Assembly (NCBI GenBank): GCA_041752695.1
Contig: JBGSVZ010000031.1
Location: 32,001-96,000 of the forward strand
Reading direction: 5' to 3'
Length of the DNA: 64,000 bases
DNA from: Terrimicrobiaceae bacterium
Lineage (GTDB): Bacteria > Verrucomicrobiota > Verrucomicrobiia > Chthoniobacterales > Terrimicrobiaceae
Shown here: one piece after another, positions 10,100 through 18,959 of the stretch
Numbering within the stretch: the first letter of the stretch is position 1
How the letters are laid out: every line of letters starts with the position of its first letter
Made by a program: the position numbers and the translations under genes
The notes under the pieces: generated by a model
Databases searched by the model: none
What the model was told of the DNA's origin: nothing
Seen by the model: only the letters and a program-made list of their open reading frames with translations

Positions 10100-11451
10100 A
10101 AGTTTCCCAAGGCAGCCCATCCTTTCTCTCCCGTGGCAGGCTTTCCGGTCCGGCCTCCCGCCGCGGAACGATCATGATTTTTGCCCTGATCATCATTGCG
10201 GTCGGGGCCATCGCAATCTCCGGCTGGGTTTATCTGATGGGCGGGCTCTCGGAGTATACCGATGCCATGCGGGACGGAATGAGACGCCGGGTGACCCTGG
10301 AAAATAGCCGGGCAATGGCCAATCAATATTATCGGGGATATTTGATCTCGGGCGCCGCCCAGGCGGCTTGGACCAACTACGCTTTCGCCTCCGGGGGAAA
10401 CACTTTGGGGGGAATCGGTGTGGGTGCAGCGGGCGCCAACCCTTTGACCACGGCCAATTCCGGAGACATTCTGGTCAACCTGTTTGGGCCAGCGGGGGCG
10501 TCCTACTCGGACGCGACCTATTTTGCCGGATTTTCCACGAACCTTACCGCAAACCTTTCGGATGGGACGACCAATGGGACGATTCCTTGGAGAATCCAAG
10601 TGAGGTCGCGCGCTCCCATGTTTGGATACGACGTCCTCAATCCCATCGGGATGTCGAACTTCCCCTCATCCGTTTCCGTGGCAAATCCCTCCGCGTTGGG
10701 CACGTCTGAGGGCCCGCGAACGAGCGCGGATTTCCTAAACAGTGCTTTTCCGCCGGAAATTCCGACCACGGTCACCCATGTGGCTTATAGCGGCACGGTG
10801 ACCCTGGGAGGATCGTCCATTCCGGTGACATCCTTTTCTTCCACGCAGGCGAATGGAAGCCATAGCAGCAATAATAACCGGCAAAGTCGGCTCTGGACAG
10901 GAACGACCGGGAATATTGCAGTGATTTATCTGAACCGGGATCCTTCCCCGAACTCACCTTCTGCGAGAATCTATCGCATCACTGGCAACGACGCCCGGCA
11001 GTTGGTACTGTCCAGCGATTCCGGAACCAGCACGGTCTCAATTGCCGACCCGTCGAGCGCGCCGCCCATTCTTATTCAGGTCACTTCGGCTCATGGATCT
11101 TCCGGCGGCAGCGGAACCAACAATTTTTTTATCACCGTTCCGCAAGGGAATCAGCGCCGGGTTTTCTTGTCAGTTGACAGTAGGCATCGGTTTACCACGA
11201 CGATATCGGGCGGAGGATCGGGTACCACCCGCCTCGTCGCTAATTTTGGTGGCACGGTCTATGGGGGAACGAGCCGACCAGGGTTCGCCCTGCCCGGTAA
11301 TCATGTCTTGCAGGGAGGATTTCGGGCGGGTGCTTCGGACGTGTCCGTCTCGGGAGGAACGTTAAGCATTATCCGGGAGACCGCCTCGCTCCCCGTGCTG
11401 GAAGCTATGGCCCCGCGTCGTGGCTGGGTGGAGACCTATCGCAATGACTGA
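10096..11451 (+). CDS. Minor pilin (PilX/GspK-like, no Glu+5)
   Basis: RRG|TIMIFALIIIAV; large Ser/Thr/Gly-rich globular domain. Confidence 0.72.
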   Translation: MKVSQGSPSFLSRGRLSGPASRRGTIMIFALIIIAVGAIAISGWVYLMGGLSEYTDAMRDGMRRRVTLENSRAMANQYYRGYLISGAAQAAWTNYAFASGGNTLGGIGVGAAGANPLTTANSGDILVNLFGPAGASYSDATYFAGFSTNLTANLSDGTTNGTIPWRIQVRSRAPMFGYDVLNPIGMSNFPSSVSVANPSALGTSEGPRTSADFLNSAFPPEIPTTVTHVAYSGTVTLGGSSIPVTSFSSTQANGSHSSNNNRQSRLWTGTTGNIAVIYLNRDPSPNSPSARIYRITGNDARQLVLSSDSGTSTVSIADPSSAPPILIQVTSAHGSSGGSGTNNFFITVPQGNQRRVFLSVDSRHRFTTTISGGGSGTTRLVANFGGTVYGGTSRPGFALPGNHVLQGGFRAGASDVSVSGGTLSIIRETASLPVLEAMAPRRGWVETYRND

Positions 11452-11920
11452 CGCTTTTCGAAATGGGAAGTCGAAGGCCGGCCCTCAGAAAGTCCCGAGG
11501 TCCGGAGGAAGAATGCTTCGTCCGGTTTTTTCCGCCCGGGGTTACACACTGATCGAAGTCCTCATAGCCGCAGTACTCGTGGCGATCGGGGCCGCGGCGG
11601 CGGCCATGCTTTCCCTCACCATGGTGTCGCAGCAGTTGACGAGTGTCACGGTTGCCCGGGCTCTTAACTACCAGGAGCAGGCCTGTCGTCTTTATCAGCT
11701 CGGATTGGACCAAACCACCATTACGAATATTTTGCCGAGGGAGTCTGGTGTGACTTCCCTCACTTTTAGCACCAGTTCAGTGACCTTAACTAACGTAGGG
11801 ATCGTCCACTTAGCCGTCTGCACCAACACCTATAACGTCGGTTCGTTGCTGACATCCTCCGGCACAGCCGCCGCCACGCAAACCAATGTGGTGGCTGTTG
11901 TCCGTCCGAGTATTCGCTGA
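11444..11920 (+). CDS. Minor pilin (PilV-like)
   Basis: ARG|YTLIEVLIAAVLV; alternative start 11513. Confidence 0.8.
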   Translation: MTDAFRNGKSKAGPQKVPRSGGRMLRPVFSARGYTLIEVLIAAVLVAIGAAAAAMLSLTMVSQQLTSVTVARALNYQEQACRLYQLGLDQTTITNILPRESGVTSLTFSTSSVTLTNVGIVHLAVCTNTYNVGSLLTSSGTAAATQTNVVAVVRPSIR

Positions 11921-11934
11921 TCCAGATTGAAATT

Positions 11935-13197
11935 ATGCTGAAGAAAGTCGTCCTTACCAACGTACACACGCTGAAGCCTTTTGAGGTGGTGGTTGATACC
12001 GATGACGATGCCAAGGCCATTCTCGGGGCGGGTAAGGCGCCCAATGAAACGGTGGCCGTCACCGATATCACCGGTCTGGATGAGTGGATTCATCGTGCCA
12101 CCACCCCCCGGCCTTCCGGTGACGAAATGGTCATCTTTTTTGGGGGAATGGCCCGATGCTTGGAGCGAAACATCTCCACCATCAAAAGTCTGGAATTGCT
12201 GGCCAGTCGGATGAAGACCCCGCGGTACCGGGGGGCGATTGCGGAAATCTCCCACCAGATTCTCAGCGGGGACAAGCTGAGCGACTGCTTTGCGATGCAT
12301 CCGGATTTGTTCACGGAGGACATCATTGCATTGGTCCGGGCTGGGGAGGAATCCGGTTTGATTGCCCAGGTTTTTCACCAGATTGCCAACACCTACGGCA
12401 AGGCGCAAAAGGTTCTCAAGAAGCTGAAGGCGGGTCTCATTTACCCGGCGATCGTCATGGTTCTGGCTGTGGCGGTGACCATCGTGATGAGTTTTACCCT
12501 GGTACCGGCCATCTCCAAACTCTACGGGGCGATGAACGTCGCTTTGCCCTTGCCCACCCAGGTGATGATGAAGTTCTCCGACACGCTGCTCAAACAGCCC
12601 TACCTTGCGGCGGTGCCGATCGTGGCCATGATGGCGTTTTTTCGTTATTGGGGAAAATTTTACCGGATTCCGCAGGTTCACGTGACGCTCACCCGCCTGC
12701 CGACCGTGGGGAACATCATCCGCAAGTCTGCGGCGATGATCAGTTTTCGCTGTCTGGCCTTGCTCCTCCAGGCGAACGTGAGAGTGAGTTCAGCGCTGGA
12801 GATTGCGGCGAAAAGTTCCAGCCACAAAGAATTTGAAGACTTTTATCTGACGGTGCGCCATCACGTGAACGAGGGTCTGTCACTCTCGGAGGCATTCCTG
12901 ATGGAATCCCATAGATTGGGTCCCGACGGAAGGACGGTTGCGGCTGTCGTGCAGATGGCCGGGGAGACCGGAGGCGTCAACGAGATGTTGGATGAAATCG
13001 CCACGGATTACGAAGAGGAGTTGGATCTCATCGCCAGTCACATCGACAAAATCATTGAGCCGATCATGCTCGTGGTCATGGGGGTGATTGTGGGAAGCCT
13101 GGTTTATGCAATCTACGGCCCGATCTTCAATTTAAGTAAGGTTATTCTCCCGAAGAAGCCGGGCGGGTCGGTGCCGGTGGCGACCCAGTCTCCGTGA
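11935..13197 (+). CDS. pilC: Platform protein PilC/GspF
   Basis: ALVRAGEESG, YPAIVMV, MAGETGGVNEML, IIEPIMLVVMG; two T2SSF repeats. Confidence 0.9.
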   Translation: MLKKVVLTNVHTLKPFEVVVDTDDDAKAILGAGKAPNETVAVTDITGLDEWIHRATTPRPSGDEMVIFFGGMARCLERNISTIKSLELLASRMKTPRYRGAIAEISHQILSGDKLSDCFAMHPDLFTEDIIALVRAGEESGLIAQVFHQIANTYGKAQKVLKKLKAGLIYPAIVMVLAVAVTIVMSFTLVPAISKLYGAMNVALPLPTQVMMKFSDTLLKQPYLAAVPIVAMMAFFRYWGKFYRIPQVHVTLTRLPTVGNIIRKSAAMISFRCLALLLQANVRVSSALEIAAKSSSHKEFEDFYLTVRHHVNEGLSLSEAFLMESHRLGPDGRTVAAVVQMAGETGGVNEMLDEIATDYEEELDLIASHIDKIIEPIMLVVMGVIVGSLVYAIYGPIFNLSKVILPKKPGGSVPVATQSP

Positions 13198-15686
13198 GGT
13201 TCCTGACGGGAACGGTTTATTCCAAGGCCTTGGTCATCTTTTTGGCCGCGGCTCTCGGTTTGCTGGGTGCGGTGGCCGCCCTTTCCCAGTTTGTCATTTT
13301 GCGGGAGTTGGGCCTGAGCGAAGAACGCGAGATGCGGGCAATGCTGCAGCGCCTGACTCATGTCCTGAATCGGGATTTCCGGCCCTTGGAGACAGGGGTG
13401 GCGGAGTGGATGCCTTCTGCTCCCGAGACCTCGGCGGCAAAGGGTGAGTGGCAGATTGACGAGGATCTCCAAAAGTCCGGGATGGATTTTGCGGTGATGT
13501 GCGATTTGACCGGCCTGCCGGTGAGTGTGGCCGTTAATCCCGATGCCTCAGACATCCTGCAGGGCGACCAGGCTTTCTTCGGGCGACTGGGACGGGAACT
13601 CAGCAGGCTGAATCCTGATTTGACGGGGCATGGCACGGGGTCGGTTTTGGTGAAGGGCCACCTCTGTCAGATTGCTTACCGGTTTCTTCCGGGAGATGAG
13701 GGATTTCTGACGAGCGGGAAGATCTATCGGCGGGATTCGTGGGGCTTTTTCGAAGGGCTTTTTTCGGCGGCCGTTGCCTTCCAGCCTTTCGAAAATCCGA
13801 GCATCCACGACTCTACGGGCCGCCATCTTTTACAATTATTAGCGACCCAGGTTGCGGTGGTTGATGCCAGTCGGGAAGATCAGATCACGGGCTATAGCTT
13901 GATCAAGGGTTTGAACAAACTCCCATTAGGGTACGTCAGCATTTCGCAGCCCCGACCTCTCCGGCAGGAGGGATTGCGCGCCATCCAGGTGTTTCTCACC
14001 GGCATTTGTCTGGCGGGGGGAGGTCTGGTGATGGTGGTCTGGTTTTTGCTCGACCGCACGATTCTGGCGCGGATCAAGGATCTGACGCGCAGGCTGGATT
14101 CGGAAAAGCGGCTTGGACGCTTGCCGGTAAAGCTGGATTTCCGAGGCGAAGACGAGTTGGGTACCCTTGCGCGGAGCATCGAGGATCTGGCCGGCCTTCT
14201 GGAGAGCACGCAATCCTTGCACCGTGCGGTGCTGGAGGATCAAACGGAATTGATCTGCCGGTTCGACGCCGGGTTCCGCCTGTCCTTTGGCAATGCAATT
14301 TTTCTCCGGCTTTTCCACATCGAGGCTTCCAGCCTGGTCTCCCGCCATCTTGGTGAGTTCCTTCCGTCGCGGTCGTGGCGGGATTTAAAGGACCAGTTTG
14401 AGAAGCTTTCCCGGGAAAAACCGATTGCCAGTTACACGCTGGAAATGCGGCTCGGAGACGGCCAGGTTCCCCAGTGGTTTCGCAGTACCCTGCGGCGGAA
14501 TTTTGACGATGCGGGCAACTCGCTGGGAGGACAGTGGGTGTTGGCGGAAATCACCGCGCAGGTTGAGGCGCAGAGAAAAATGATCGAGTCCGAAAGGCGG
14601 TTTCGCAGGCTTTTCGAGTCGGCGTCGGACGGTCTTTTGCTCATCGAGGGGGCTACTCTGATAATTTCTGACATCAATCCCAGCCTATGCCGAATGTTGA
14701 TGGTGGCTGGGTCCGAGGTGCTCGGACGCCGGCTAGATCAGATCGAGTCCTTCGTGCCGTGTATGGCCATCGTGGAGGATTTCCGTCGAGGCGAGGTGGG
14801 GCGTGGCGCGCCGTTCCGCAGCGAGTGTCGCATGCGGCGCGGCGATGACACCAGTTTGTTTGTGGAATTGCGCTGCGGCCAATACGACGTGGACGATATC
14901 GGATTTGTTCAGCTGAGTTTCAGCAACATCAGCGAACGCGTGCTTGGAGAGCAGGAATTGAGAAGGCTTTCCGCGAAATTGCTCCGTATGCAGGATGAGG
15001 AACGCCGCCGCATCGCGCGTGAGCTGCACGATTCCACGGCACAAAATCTTTCCGCGCTGGAAATGAACATGAGCCTGCTCGAGCCTTTGCTGGCTGGTGC
15101 CGATCCCCGCGCTGCGCGGATCGTCGCCGATACCCGCCAGATTGCCGGGGAATGCTCCCGAGAATTGCGGAACATCTCCTACCTTCTTCACCCCCCATTG
15201 ATTGATGAGGTGGGTCTGGCCTTTGCCATCCGCTGGTTTGCCGACGGCTTTTCCAAACGCACGGGCATCGAAACCGAGGTGGTGATTGGAGAAGGGTTTC
15301 CCCGCTTGGGGCCCGACCTGGAAATGCCCTTGTTCCGCGTGGTCCAGGAAGCGACGACGAATATTTACCGACATTCCGGTGCGGATAAGGCGTGGGTCAA
15401 ACTGGAGTATCGGGACCGGATTGTGACGATGGAAATCCGGGACAATGGCCGGGGATTCCGGGAGGGGGCGGTGGTCAAGACCGCCGACGAAAAAGAATTG
15501 GGTACGGGGGTGGGACTGGCGGGGATGAAGGAGCGGCTGGCCAATGTCGGCGGGAAACTGACCATCGAAAGTTCGCCGTTGGGCTCGACCCTTTCCATCC
15601 GCTTGATTCTCAGTCTGCAGGAGGTGGACTACCTCGATCACGCCATCGCACCTTCCCTGGAAGCTTCGTGCCTCACCGAACCATAG
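13194..15686 (+). CDS. Sensor histidine kinase (TM-CHASE4-like-TM-HAMP-PAS-PAS-HisKA_3-HATPase)
   Basis: ERRRIARELHDS H-box, QEATTNIYRHS N-box, IRDNGRGF, GVGLAGMKER; HAMP DELGTLARSI; GTGA overlap with pilC stop. Confidence 0.92.
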   Translation: MRFLTGTVYSKALVIFLAAALGLLGAVAALSQFVILRELGLSEEREMRAMLQRLTHVLNRDFRPLETGVAEWMPSAPETSAAKGEWQIDEDLQKSGMDFAVMCDLTGLPVSVAVNPDASDILQGDQAFFGRLGRELSRLNPDLTGHGTGSVLVKGHLCQIAYRFLPGDEGFLTSGKIYRRDSWGFFEGLFSAAVAFQPFENPSIHDSTGRHLLQLLATQVAVVDASREDQITGYSLIKGLNKLPLGYVSISQPRPLRQEGLRAIQVFLTGICLAGGGLVMVVWFLLDRTILARIKDLTRRLDSEKRLGRLPVKLDFRGEDELGTLARSIEDLAGLLESTQSLHRAVLEDQTELICRFDAGFRLSFGNAIFLRLFHIEASSLVSRHLGEFLPSRSWRDLKDQFEKLSREKPIASYTLEMRLGDGQVPQWFRSTLRRNFDDAGNSLGGQWVLAEITAQVEAQRKMIESERRFRRLFESASDGLLLIEGATLIISDINPSLCRMLMVAGSEVLGRRLDQIESFVPCMAIVEDFRRGEVGRGAPFRSECRMRRGDDTSLFVELRCGQYDVDDIGFVQLSFSNISERVLGEQELRRLSAKLLRMQDEERRRIARELHDSTAQNLSALEMNMSLLEPLLAGADPRAARIVADTRQIAGECSRELRNISYLLHPPLIDEVGLAFAIRWFADGFSKRTGIETEVVIGEGFPRLGPDLEMPLFRVVQEATTNIYRHSGADKAWVKLEYRDRIVTMEIRDNGRGFREGAVVKTADEKELGTGVGLAGMKERLANVGGKLTIESSPLGSTLSIRLILSLQEVDYLDHAIAPSLEASCLTEP

Positions 15687-15800
15687 CCTGGGTTTCACTC
15701 ACCAGGTTAAGAAATTTTCGATTTCTTTATCGCACAGCAGACGTGTCTGGGTTGAACTTATAGAAGCAAGCCAAGCGCGTCCTTAACATCATTCGAGACC

Positions 15801-16454
15801 ATGCCGAAGATCCGCATCATTATTGCCGATGACCATGAAATCGTGAGGCAGGGCGTGAGAAACCTCGTGGAAAATGAGCCGGATATGGAGGTCTGTGGCG
15901 AGGCGACGATTGGGCGGGACGCTGTGGAATTGGTGGCGCGGTTGCACCCCGATGTCGCGGTGCTTGACATCAGTATGCCGGGACTGAATGGGATTGAAGC
16001 GGCGAGGCAGATTGTCAAAAGCGACTCAAAAACCCGGATCCTGATGTTTACGATGCACGAAGCCGAGCAGCTGGTGCACGAGGTCTTCGGTGCCGGTGCG
16101 AAAGGTTACCTTCTCAAATCCGACGCGGGTCGGCATCTCGTTCCCGCCATCCGCACGGTGGCTCAAGGTTCCCACTATTTCAGTTCCCGCCTGTCCGAGG
16201 TGATTTTCAGCGGGTTTATGAATCGGGACAGCCCGGTGGCACCAGCCCAATCTTCCCCCAAACCCAGCTCGCGAGAACGGGAGATTATCCAGTTGCTGGC
16301 GGAGGGAAAAAGTAACAAGGACGTCGCTTCCGTTTTGGGAATCAGTGTAAAAACCGCCGAAACCCACCGTGCAGCGGTAATGCGCAAGCTCGGGCTTCAC
16401 TCCGTGAGCGAGCTCGTCCGGTATGCCATTCGCAACCACATTATCGAAGCGTAA
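15801..16454 (+). CDS. NarL/LuxR-family response regulator
   Basis: ADDHEIVRQG, VLDISMPGLNG, LuxR HTH SSREREIIQLLAEGKSNKDVA. Confidence 0.95.
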   Translation: MPKIRIIIADDHEIVRQGVRNLVENEPDMEVCGEATIGRDAVELVARLHPDVAVLDISMPGLNGIEAARQIVKSDSKTRILMFTMHEAEQLVHEVFGAGAKGYLLKSDAGRHLVPAIRTVAQGSHYFSSRLSEVIFSGFMNRDSPVAPAQSSPKPSSREREIIQLLAEGKSNKDVASVLGISVKTAETHRAAVMRKLGLHSVSELVRYAIRNHIIEA

Positions 16455-16555
16455 TTGTGCAACGTTGCGTGTTGTTCCTACAGGTTTTCCTTCGATCAAT
16501 TTACCATATCCCCGGAATTGCCGAATTCTCCCCGGGTCGGTAATTTTCTCTAGAA

Positions 16556-16945
16556 ATGAAAACCAAATCCTTCAGTCTGTCGGTTCAAAAAGGCTTCAGC
16601 CTTGTTGAGTTGCTCGTTGTTATCGCGGTCATCGCCATTATTGCGGCGATTGCGATTCCTAACATTGCCGGTATTACCGGAGCGGCCAACACAGCGAAAA
16701 CTCAGCGCAATGCCCAGAATCTGGCATCAACCTACAATGCGGCGATCGCAGCAGGTTATGCTGGCACAAACTCCGAGGCTGGTGCGATTACCGCTGTGAC
16801 CAACGGTATCTCCGTGGTCATCGGCAATACCACCAACTCTTTCCGGGTTGACGGCCTTTCCGCCACGGAGTCGACGGCAGCGCAGACCTACCTGAGCCAC
16901 AACACCACCAACAACACGCTCATCTACACCTCGAGCACCAACTAA
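16556..16945 (+). CDS. Type IV pilin, probable major pilin
   Basis: QKG|FSLVELLVVIAVIAIIAAIAIP; short leader; followed by a strong hairpin. Confidence 0.88.
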   Translation: MKTKSFSLSVQKGFSLVELLVVIAVIAIIAAIAIPNIAGITGAANTAKTQRNAQNLASTYNAAIAAGYAGTNSEAGAITAVTNGISVVIGNTTNSFRVDGLSATESTAAQTYLSHNTTNNTLIYTSSTN

Positions 16946-16962
16946 TCTAGTCAGGCTTTCTG

Positions 16963-16988
16963 GAGAGACACCCGTGGGGGTGTCTCTC
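16963..16988 (+). terminator. Stem-loop after the major pilin (weak U tail)
   Basis: GAGAGACACCC-gtgg-GGGTGTCTCTC, perfect 11-bp stem. Confidence 0.65.
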
Positions 16989-17064
16989 TGTGGCCCGGTG
17001 ATGTGACTGTTTTCCCCCCGGAAATCCACTGCAACCTTTCGTGAAACTCTGAATCTTCGTGAGG

Positions 17065-17526
17065 ATGAAACGGACTTCCCGCAGCACCAAGCTTACCGGT
17101 AGATCCAAGATTCTTTGGTGCCAATTTTCTCCTCTCTATCCGCGGTGCTCCCCTGTCAAAAGTCGGCCGGCAGCCTTTAGTTTGGTCGAGCTCTTGGTGG
17201 TTATTGCGGTAATAGCCATCATTGCCGCCATAGCCATCCCCAATGTGGCGAACATCACGCAGTCAGCGGATGCTGCCAAGGCTCGCCGGAACGCGCAAAC
17301 CGTCGCTGCGACCTACAATGCGGCGATTGCAGCCGGTATGGCGACCACTGCTGCGACCGATTTGTCTGGCGCGATTGACGTCATCACGGCCGGGACAAAC
17401 ATCGGAGTGGGTAATACGACCCATTTTTATTCAGTGGATGGGTTGAGCCCGGAGGAAAGCGTCAAGGCACAAGCCTTTCTCTCTTTTTCCAATGGCTTGG
17501 TTGTGCTCCAGCCGTACGAAAACTGA
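17065..17526 (+). CDS. Type IV pilin, tandem paralogue of the 16556 pilin
   Basis: AA|FSLVELLVVIAVIAIIAAIAIPN...RNAQ...TYNAAIAAG...VDGLS shared with the upstream pilin; start uncertain. Confidence 0.85.
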   Translation: MKRTSRSTKLTGRSKILWCQFSPLYPRCSPVKSRPAAFSLVELLVVIAVIAIIAAIAIPNVANITQSADAAKARRNAQTVAATYNAAIAAGMATTAATDLSGAIDVITAGTNIGVGNTTHFYSVDGLSPEESVKAQAFLSFSNGLVVLQPYEN

Positions 17527-17600
17527 CAAGCGCCTCAAGAAAGTCGGGCCGCTCAGCGTCTCAGCGCGAGCGAGTTCGGTCGGAAAACTTTCTCTTTGAC

Positions 17601-17628
17601 TTGCGTTTGCCTGGCGATCTAGTAAAAT
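17601..17628 (+). promoter_or_regulatory. Putative sigma70 promoter for the pilin3-pilB unit
   Basis: TTGCGT-16 bp-TAAAAT ending 9 bp before ATG 17638. Confidence 0.45.
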
Positions 17629-17637
17629 ACCTGAGGT

Positions 17638-18087
17638 ATGAAAAGCACCCGATGGCTTGGCGATTCTTTACGCGCTTTCAAGCGAGCCTCCAAGGGTTTC
17701 ACGCTTGTGGAGATGCTTCTCGTCATTGCAGTGATCAGCGTCATGAGTGCTTTGGTTATTTCGGCCGTCTCCAATTCTGCAGCGGACACCAGGACGATCG
17801 TCGCCAGACAGCAGCAGGCTGTCTTGCAAGAAGCGCTTAACGCCTGGGTCGCATCCGCCTCTGCCGGCAATTTGGGACTGCAAGCCGCGCGATCAGCCTA
17901 TTCCTCGAATGGGTCTTCCCAGGCCAAGCTGACGCTCATCAGCGGCTACCTGGATTCCGGGACCTACTCGAACTTTACGACAAATGCAGGCGGCGCGATT
18001 CAGAGCGATGCCATGTCAAAAATCGGGAAGTCGCTAACGTTTTCAACTTGGACCAGCAATTCCTACCCCCGAGTGGAAATGCAATAA
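17638..18087 (+). CDS. Type IV pilin-like protein
   Basis: SKG|FTLVEMLLVIAVI. Confidence 0.87.
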   Translation: MKSTRWLGDSLRAFKRASKGFTLVEMLLVIAVISVMSALVISAVSNSAADTRTIVARQQQAVLQEALNAWVASASAGNLGLQAARSAYSSNGSSQAKLTLISGYLDSGTYSNFTTNAGGAIQSDAMSKIGKSLTFSTWTSNSYPRVEMQ

Positions 18088-18099
18088 TCTGAACGGACT

Positions 18100-18501
18100 A
18101 TGAGCGGCACTAACCCTACAAATCAAAAATCCACGCCGTTTGGCTTTTCGTTCGTGGAGGTGCTTGCCGCGATTGCAATCATCGGGATTATCACGTTTTT
18201 GGCGATCCCGAATCTGATTCGGATCAAACAGGACGGGGAAAATAATCTGGCGATTGCCCGCGCCGAGGCCCTCAATATGGGAATAGCCGCTTATGTGCAG
18301 GCCAATGGCCGGAGTGCCGGCTGGTCTACGAATACCGCCTACACGAGAATCGCGCCTTATTTGGCTTTTGCCCCGACAAATTTCAGCAGCTACATGCCCG
18401 GGGGCTACAGCGTCACGTTTCCGGCTAGTATTTCCAACAGTCTTACCAAAGTGGGGTTGACTGACCCTTACGGGGCGGCTGTTTCTGGATACGGTAACTG
18501 A
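18100..18501 (+). CDS. Type IV pilin-like protein
   Basis: PFG|FSFVEVLAAIAIIGII. Confidence 0.85.
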   Translation: MSGTNPTNQKSTPFGFSFVEVLAAIAIIGIITFLAIPNLIRIKQDGENNLAIARAEALNMGIAAYVQANGRSAGWSTNTAYTRIAPYLAFAPTNFSSYMPGGYSVTFPASISNSLTKVGLTDPYGAAVSGYGN

Positions 18502-18506
18502 ATGAG

Positions 18507-18956
18507 ATGGCGCTTTCTCGTCAAAGCCCTTGCTGGATAGCAGGAAGAAAGTTGTCTGGCGGATTCTCGTTGGTTGAGATCCTCGTTGTGGTCGGAGTGA
18601 TCGCGATCCTTGCGGCAATTTCTATTCCGGTTATAGCGAATGTTACGAGGGGTGCGAATGAGTCAGCTGCCGAGAGCAACCTTGACCACCTCAATCAGGC
18701 CGTCCTGAAATACAATAATTCGATTACGGAACTTACTAATGCCGTGGACAGTGGCATAAGCGATGAGCAGGCGGTGTTTGCTTTGCTTCAAGTCCGGGAC
18801 GCTGCCGTCCCTGGAACGCCATTTTTGCAGGCGGATCTTGGCGCAAACTCCTCTGCTTCGACGAACGTCTACCGTGCCAGATGGAACGGACGCGTGTTTG
18901 AGATCATTACGCCCGGAACCGCGGGAACAGGGGTGAATTTGTCGAATTTGTTTTAG
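18507..18956 (+). CDS. Type IV pilin-like protein
   Basis: SGG|FSLVEILVVVGVIAIL. Confidence 0.87.
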   Translation: MALSRQSPCWIAGRKLSGGFSLVEILVVVGVIAILAAISIPVIANVTRGANESAAESNLDHLNQAVLKYNNSITELTNAVDSGISDEQAVFALLQVRDAAVPGTPFLQADLGANSSASTNVYRARWNGRVFEIITPGTAGTGVNLSNLF

Positions 18957-18959
18957 ACC

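Noticed and set aside
16556..18956. Shufflon or DGR-type pilin diversification
   Set aside because: No adjacent invertase, reverse transcriptase, sfx-like repeats or adenine-specific TR/VR pair.
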